From a virus: 64,000 nucleotides of DNA. Within the stretch, counting starts at the first letter, position 1, and each line of letters begins with the position of its first letter. Location: IMG/VR virus record IMGVR_UViG_3300024999_000083; one strand, given 5' to 3'. Both the position numbers and the translations under genes were made by a program. A model generated the notes under the pieces. The model was not told the origin of the DNA and made no database searches. It saw only the letters and a list, made by a program, of their open reading frames with translations. Below are positions 58,685 to 64,000 of the stretch, piece after piece.

Positions 58685-60013
58685 CTAACTAACCTTCTTA
58701 TCCTTAAACTTACTCATCATCTTCAGTTGCTCCACAATAATACTATCAATCATAGGAATGCTAATATTCTTGGCGGCATTTATATCTGCATTTTCTTCAT
58801 GTCCACATGTAACACACTTAAACTTTGCCTGATTACTCTTACAATCTCTATTAGCATCATCTATACATCCACAATGACTACATCGCTTGCTTGTGTACTT
58901 TGGGTCAATCAAAATAAATTTAATACCCTTTTCTTCACATTTATACTTAGTTTTATTTTGGAGATCAAAATATGACCAATTCTTTAAAAATTTCTCAGAT
59001 TGTTGTTCTGAAAATCCACTTAGATTTTCCATTTGAATAGTTCCACAATTGTATTTTAATGCAGTATCAACTATATTTTTGCTAACTTTATGATTATATG
59101 TATCTCTAAATTTTCCAACTTTGTCTCTCATTTTATCTACTGGTTTTAATCTAACTTTCCTACCATGTCCTATTCTTCCGTTGCCAACTATTTTACTAGC
59201 AATATACATTTGTTTATTTCTTGCTTCAATCTTTTGCCGATAATGTATTAATTCACTACCATTAATTTTGCATTCTTTCCATGATATTCTATCCCATTTT
59301 TCTGTAGAAATATCAAATACTTGCATTGTTGCAGTATTCACAATTCCTAAGTCAACTCCTAATACTTTATTCATATCCAATTGCCTTACGACTGGTTCAA
59401 AACTAAAACTAATTATAAGATACCATTTGCCTCTTTTATCTTCAATAATTTGTGCTGATCCTTGTTTATATATACCTAAGATTATCTTATTTAATATTGA
59501 TTTCCTACTATTGTCCAAACTATCAATAAGAAAACTTACTCGTTTTATATCATTTTCTTTTTGATATTTAAGATTAAATAAACTGCATTTTACTTCGAAC
59601 CCTTTATTTCCTTGAGTTATCGTATAATTCTTATTATGGACAATGAGTGGAATACTCTGTTTAAAATTTGATAATGATACCTGACCTTTAAATAGTCCTT
59701 TTTTAATATCGTCTTTAAATCTATTACTTACAAATTGTCTAGTTTGAGCTACATTGCCACTATTATGTATATTCATAACTTCATTCATTCTGTTCTCTAC
59801 CCAAGATCCATGACTCTTACCATATCTATCTTTTTCATTTATAGTAGTACCATTCATTTGTTTGTGTTCCATATTTTCTACAGCAAAAGTGTAACAATAT
59901 GTTATTGCTTTATTTGAAGCTAACCATGATTGATATCTCAAATCTTTCAGTGTTTGTTTATAATTGCTTATTTCATTACAATTTTTTATTGCGATTTTAA
60001 TACATTTATTCAT
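58685..60013 (-). CDS. cas12f: Cas12f-like (type V-F) miniature RNA-guided nuclease
   Basis: RuvC-I LGVDLGIVN; RuvC-II CGTIQMENLS; Zn finger CSHCG...CVTCG; RuvC-III ENADINAAKNIS; long collinear similarity to AsCas12f1 as I remember it (WYLNISYDFEP/WYLIISFSFEP; GTIQMEDL/GTIQMENL; IDPQYTSQRCSECG/IDPKYTSKRCSHCG); sits next to the CRISPR array. Confidence 0.9.
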   Translation of the reverse strand: MNKCIKIAIKNCNEISNYKQTLKDLRYQSWLASNKAITYCYTFAVENMEHKQMNGTTINEKDRYGKSHGSWVENRMNEVMNIHNSGNVAQTRQFVSNRFKDDIKKGLFKGQVSLSNFKQSIPLIVHNKNYTITQGNKGFEVKCSLFNLKYQKENDIKRVSFLIDSLDNSRKSILNKIILGIYKQGSAQIIEDKRGKWYLIISFSFEPVVRQLDMNKVLGVDLGIVNTATMQVFDISTEKWDRISWKECKINGSELIHYRQKIEARNKQMYIASKIVGNGRIGHGRKVRLKPVDKMRDKVGKFRDTYNHKVSKNIVDTALKYNCGTIQMENLSGFSEQQSEKFLKNWSYFDLQNKTKYKCEEKGIKFILIDPKYTSKRCSHCGCIDDANRDCKSNQAKFKCVTCGHEENADINAAKNISIPMIDSIIVEQLKMMSKFKDKKVS

Positions 60014-60080
60014 AATATCTCATCATCCTTTTATATGATTCGTTTTATATGAAAAATAATACTTCCACACCTAGTATAAG

Positions 60081-60622
60081 TCTCGTATCTTATTGTATAC
60101 ACAAGTTTTAACAATAAAGAATAATGCTTAAGTGTTTGCCGGACATCTTGCATCATATATGTATATACAAGTTGTAACGAGGAATTTGAATTATAACTGG
60201 CTCACGGTCTTTCTTACATTCTTATACATATATGCAAGTCGTAACAAACCATGGTCTTGCTGTTCAACTTCTTGATTCTTGCAAATTGTAACGATCACTC
60301 ACCAGTGATTCAAAATTATCCCCTAGTCTTACAACTTATATGTATATGCAAGTTGTAACTTGATATTTCACCTTTAAACGCTCCAATAAGTCTTACACAT
60401 TATACATATATACAAGTTGTAACTTGTTTAATAGAAGCAAAGTATAAATCCAAGCATCTTACATCTTATATACATATACAAGTTGTAACGTAATGGTAGA
60501 TTTTCAGCTTCTTTTATTCGATCTTCTTACATCTTATATACATATACAAGTTGTAACTCTCGGAGAATTCGGAACTGAAGAGATACAAATCTTACATCTT
60601 ATATACATATACAAGTTGTAAC
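60081..60622. CRISPR. CRISPR array of about 9 repeats, consensus CTTACATCTTATATACATATACAAGTTGTAAC (32 nt)
   Basis: Near-identical repeats at 60328, 60392, 60458, 60526 and 60591; degenerate copies at 60081, about 60145, 60213 and about 60261; unique 32-36 nt spacers (one 15 nt next to a degenerate repeat). Confidence 0.85.
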
Positions 60623-60639
60623 TGCACCCCTCTACAAAC

Positions 60640-60830
60640 CAATCACACCAACCATTACAACTCATAAAAATGCGAACATATTAAATTATTACAACTTGAA
60701 TATACATATAAGATGTGCTGACGGTATTTGTGCCAGCAGTTTCAATAGGTGCGAATGTACTAGTGTTCTTATGTATGCTTATCATTCGCATTATTCCCAT
60801 TACCTTATCGAGAGCAATTCAACCTTATAA
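60640..60830. ncRNA. tracrRNA-like element: anti-repeat plus three hairpins
   Basis: 60688-60717 ATTACAACTTGAATATACATATAAGATGTG approximates the reverse complement of the repeat; hairpins TGCTG..CAGCA, GCGAATG..CATTCGC and CCTTAT..ATAAGG follow. Confidence 0.5.
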
Positions 60831-61084
60831 ATAAGGATTTACAAACCCTTCTTCGATTCATAGGCCACTAAGTCTGCCTTTATTTGAATTGTGATTGTGA
60901 ACTTAATAATTTACTTATGTACAAACTAACTACATTCACTAATTTACAATTTTCATCTCACCACATCCTCTTGTTAAAATATTTATTTATTACTTCAACC
61001 TATAACCAGTTTACCATAAGTGGAAATGCTTGTCAAGTTTTAACTTTGTAAACTTTATTTATCAATTTAATTACCTCTAATCCT

Positions 61085-61294
61085 TTAAATTTTACAAATA
61101 GATTTCATTATTTCCTCCGACTTTTTCTTATCTTCTTCAATTTCCATTTTCCATTTGATAATCTCTTTTTCTGATTCAAACATCAGTTCTCGTTGTTTGT
61201 TTATTTCATTTAACATCTCTTGCTTACGATCTTTTAGATTTTTCCCATTAATGCGTATGCCTATGTATCTCACTCCCATAATCATTTCTCTCAC
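61085..61294 (-). CDS. hypothetical charged coiled-coil protein
   Basis: ORF. Confidence 0.35.
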   Translation of the reverse strand: MREMIMGVRYIGIRINGKNLKDRKQEMLNEINKQRELMFESEKEIIKWKMEIEEDKKKSEEIMKSICKI

Positions 61295-61392
61295 CTCACT
61301 TCCTCTTGTCTCTACTATACCACACCGACTACTTCAATGTCAAATATTTATTTTACAATTTATACAGAAGAAAGAGGAAAGGGAATTATTTA

Positions 61393-61857
61393 CTATTCCC
61401 TCGCATTGCCCATCTCTGCTTCAGACTCTTCCTTCATTCTCAAAGACATTTTAGAAATCATATCATCAGATATCTTTCTAATTTCAATCCATTTTTCTAA
61501 ATCTTCATTTGCTTTAATCATGTCTCCAATATCACCATTGGCAATAATTGAATAGAAGTTACAATATTCTTTGTATTGATCTTCAGTAAAGGAAAATTGA
61601 TTATCCCCTTTAGTTACTTTATGCTCTTGTATCGGCAACTTATATCCCAATACCTCATATTTAATTCCAATTTCAGTATTCTCATCCTTTACAAAATCAT
61701 AAGGTACATCAAGATATCCTTCAATTACATCCTTTATTGCATCTTCAATCATTGGTTGATTATCTTTTGGAAATTCATCAAGATCAAATACTTTAGCCGG
61801 ATCAATTTCAACCTCTAATATTGCAGTCATAATAAGCTTTACTCTTGCTTTTGTCAT
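61393..61857 (-). CDS. hypothetical acidic protein
   Basis: ORF. Confidence 0.5.
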   Translation of the reverse strand: MTKARVKLIMTAILEVEIDPAKVFDLDEFPKDNQPMIEDAIKDVIEGYLDVPYDFVKDENTEIGIKYEVLGYKLPIQEHKVTKGDNQFSFTEDQYKEYCNFYSIIANGDIGDMIKANEDLEKWIEIRKISDDMISKMSLRMKEESEAEMGNARE

Positions 61858-61875
61858 TTAAATCATTCTCCTTAA

Positions 61876-62133
61876 CTAATTTTTATGATCATAATTAATC
61901 ATTGGTGATTTTTCAATTACTTTAGTTATTTCGCCAACATTACCTTTACCATCATCTTCTATAATTACATATGAAATTTGAAATGTTGGGTCATTCTTTA
62001 AAAATTCGGTAGGATCATTTGTTATTAATTTGTTAAAATCCTCAATAATTTCAATAGTGTTTGAAGTTAAAGACTCTGGGATAATCATATCCATTGTTGA
62101 TGTTAGGGTATATCTTACTCTTTTCTGTTTCAT
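61876..62133 (-). CDS. hypothetical protein (short paralog of 62188-62676)
   Basis: RYTLTSTMDMIIPE...NTIEIIEDF...DGKGNVGEITK matches RYTLTATIDLVIPH...NVIEIVENF...DGKGNVSKMTK. Confidence 0.5.
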   Translation of the reverse strand: MKQKRVRYTLTSTMDMIIPESLTSNTIEIIEDFNKLITNDPTEFLKNDPTFQISYVIIEDDGKGNVGEITKVIEKSPMINYDHKN

Positions 62134-62187
62134 AATTAATTACCATCCAATCTGTTCTTTTATCATTAGAATATACTAAAAATATAA

Positions 62188-62676
62188 TCAATGTGTAATT
62201 TTACAGTCATTTTTCTCTGAATCCTTGGCAATCTTAGTCATTTTACTAACATTTCCCTTACCATCATTGTTCATTATCTCATATGTGATAGTAGGTTGCA
62301 CTTGTGATTGTTTACTAAGAAAAGATTCATTATCACTCTTTAAAAACTCCAGAAAGTTTTCAACAATTTCAATAACGTTAGGGGTAATCTCAGGATGAGG
62401 AATAACTAAATCTATTGTTGCTGTTAAGGTATATCTAGCGATTTTCTGTTTAAATCTATTATACCTTATTTCAATATCAAAATCTTTGCCATATTGTGGA
62501 ATCCACACATTTTCATAAACAAATAAACAAAATTTAGGAAATAAATCTTCATCTTGTTTTGTAGGAGGATTATTCGCACCTAAATTACAATTGTTTAAAT
62601 TATTAAATTGATCTAACAATTCTTGGTCAGTAATACATTCTCCACAGAAATCTTCAAAATTCATAATTGTATTCAC
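62188..62676 (-). CDS. hypothetical protein (paralog family)
   Basis: See the paralog 61876-62133. Confidence 0.5.
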   Translation of the reverse strand: MNTIMNFEDFCGECITDQELLDQFNNLNNCNLGANNPPTKQDEDLFPKFCLFVYENVWIPQYGKDFDIEIRYNRFKQKIARYTLTATIDLVIPHPEITPNVIEIVENFLEFLKSDNESFLSKQSQVQPTITYEIMNNDGKGNVSKMTKIAKDSEKNDCKITH

Positions 62677-62904
62677 TCCTAATTTTAGTTTATCATATTA
62701 TTATAGTGGACAAGCAACATAAAGTCAAAAGGTAATAAAGGTAAAAAATAGAGGAAATCCTACTAATAAGTAAGACTCCCTCTTAGGATGAAAGAAAGAG
62801 AGTGCAAATGATGGAAAATAGGAAATGAATCACTTGCAAATGTATTGTAACATTATTTTTATATTTGTGTCAAGTGTGATTTTTATTTATTGGTTTATAA
62901 AAAA

Positions 62905-63528
62905 TTACTCTAACTCCTCAAGCTTCTTTTTTAGTTCGGCAATTTGACTTTTAATATTCTTTCTCTGCTCCTCTAGTTGATATTTTTCTACCTCATCATT
63001 TTTATTTTGCTCATTTCTATTAAATTTATCTACATATTTCCAATAATCTCTTTCTTGACCTTTCCACACTCCACCACCTAGATTAATACTCTTTTCTAAA
63101 CTAAATGCAGGTGCAACCCAATCACAGCCACGACCACAACATCCATACTTTTCATTATACCCTGAATCGTTAGGAGTGCATTCACAATATCCAGAATATC
63201 GCTCATCATTGGTAAATTCAATATAATAGCAATAGTTATGTTGGTCATAATACTCTATATACTCATGATCTTTTTCACTATCATTTTTCTCAATAAAAAT
63301 TCTTATTCTTGGATGGGTAAAACCATTACTCTCTTCATATCCATTAATGTGATATGCATGATCAGTGATATCATCTAAAAACTCTTTGCAGTTTTCTAAC
63401 TGTTGGTCAATTACTGATATTACACGACAAACATCAATTAGATGTTTATTTTCGTATGTAATCCTATTTTCATTAATATCATTCAATTCAGAGATTAAAT
63501 CTCTAATAAATTTTTCTTTAACACTCAT
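62905..63528 (-). CDS. hypothetical Cys/Tyr-rich protein with C-terminal coiled coil
   Basis: ORF. Confidence 0.45.
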   Translation of the reverse strand: MSVKEKFIRDLISELNDINENRITYENKHLIDVCRVISVIDQQLENCKEFLDDITDHAYHINGYEESNGFTHPRIRIFIEKNDSEKDHEYIEYYDQHNYCYYIEFTNDERYSGYCECTPNDSGYNEKYGCCGRGCDWVAPAFSLEKSINLGGGVWKGQERDYWKYVDKFNRNEQNKNDEVEKYQLEEQRKNIKSQIAELKKKLEELE

Positions 63529-63693
63529 ATTCTATTTATCTCTCCTCTTTATTTATATAATTATTTTATTTTCATTTATCCCTTGTGCAATTAATAATTA
63601 TCCTATCCATCTCTCAAATTTATTTCACCTCACTTTGCAATAAGTATACATCGTGAGGCAAAATAAATCAAGGTAAATAGTTATTTATTAATT

Positions 63694-63984
63694 TTAAGGT
63701 TTCTCAATGATAATTTTAGGGTAACTTCTTGCAGAAACATTAATACTATACTTTTCTTTAATCTCCTTATTAGCGGTTACTTTAACCAACCCGTAACTAT
63801 CTAATATTTCCTGAATACTACGTCTCCACTGATTTTCAGTCATACCATTAACTTTTAAATCCTTTTCTAGGACATATCCTTGCACCTTAATTCCTTCTAA
63901 TATGTATGCTGACAATCTACTACTATTTTCATCTGATATTTCAGTTGTACCTAAATTATTTTCATATTCATATTGAGGGAACAC
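63694..63984 (-). CDS. hypothetical protein
   Basis: ORF near the window edge. Confidence 0.4.
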   Translation of the reverse strand: MFPQYEYENNLGTTEISDENSSRLSAYILEGIKVQGYVLEKDLKVNGMTENQWRRSIQEILDSYGLVKVTANKEIKEKYSINVSARSYPKIIIEKP

Positions 63985-64000
63985 TTTATTAGTAAATTCA

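Noticed and set aside
59268-59917. Plus-strand ORFs (59268-59564, 59735-59917, 58727-58975) inside cas12f
   Set aside because: Antisense to a gene with full RuvC and Zn-finger motifs. The frames are low-complexity.
60640-60830. Cas9-type system inferred from 5' anti-repeat plus 3' hairpins on the plus strand
   Set aside because: No Cas9-, HNH- or IscB-like protein is present. The only nuclease is Cas12f-like on the minus strand, for which the minus-strand reading (hairpins 5', anti-repeat 3') is the expected layout. Polarity is left open.
61155-61818. Several plus-strand ORFs (61155-61454, 61306-61500, 61337-61555, 61576-61818)
   Set aside because: Mutually overlapping and antisense to the better minus-strand ORFs 61085-61294 and 61393-61857. 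No RBS.

Overview
AT-rich (about 30% GC by eye) sequence from a low-GC Firmicute-type mobile element. The RBS are GGAGG-like and coding is dense and mostly on the + strand up to about 48 kb, then a minus-strand block from 50 to 64 kb. The window contains five modules. (1) A phage-type replication module at 11.3-21.4 kb: DnaB-like helicase, Toprim primase, DHH/RecJ-like exonuclease, DnaE-type Pol III alpha, RecD-like SF1 helicase. It is followed by an HNH-AP2 homing endonuclease, a ribonucleotide reductase, a dUTPase and an RlmN/Cfr-family radical SAM enzyme. (2) A second nucleotide-metabolism cluster at 33.5-36 kb: HNH-like, P-loop kinase, nucleoside 2-deoxyribosyltransferase-like. (3) Plasmid-like maintenance: a Rep/HTH gene, a cluster of consensus DnaA boxes, and an actin-like ParM plus small ParR-like gene preceded by iterons. 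(4) A Gram-positive-type conjugation (T4SS-like) block: M23 peptidase, VirB2-like pilin, VirB6-like, VirB3-like, VirB4-like and VirD4-like ATPases, and a replication-relaxation protein. (5) At 58.7-60.8 kb, a compact type V-F CRISPR-Cas locus. It consists of a 442-aa Cas12f-like nuclease with RuvC-I/II/III and a Zn finger, closely resembling AsCas12f1 as I remember it. Immediately next to it are about 9 repeats of 32 bp with 32-36 bp unique spacers, and a tracrRNA-like anti-repeat followed by hairpins. No cas1, cas2 or cas4 is visible. The element therefore looks like a plasmid or phage-plasmid hybrid carrying a minimal, adaptation-less Cas12f system. A belt of homing-endonuclease/zinc-ribbon-like genes lies at 50-58 kb. 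Many small ORFs are unassignable. All calls come from reading the sequence and translations by eye; no searches were run.
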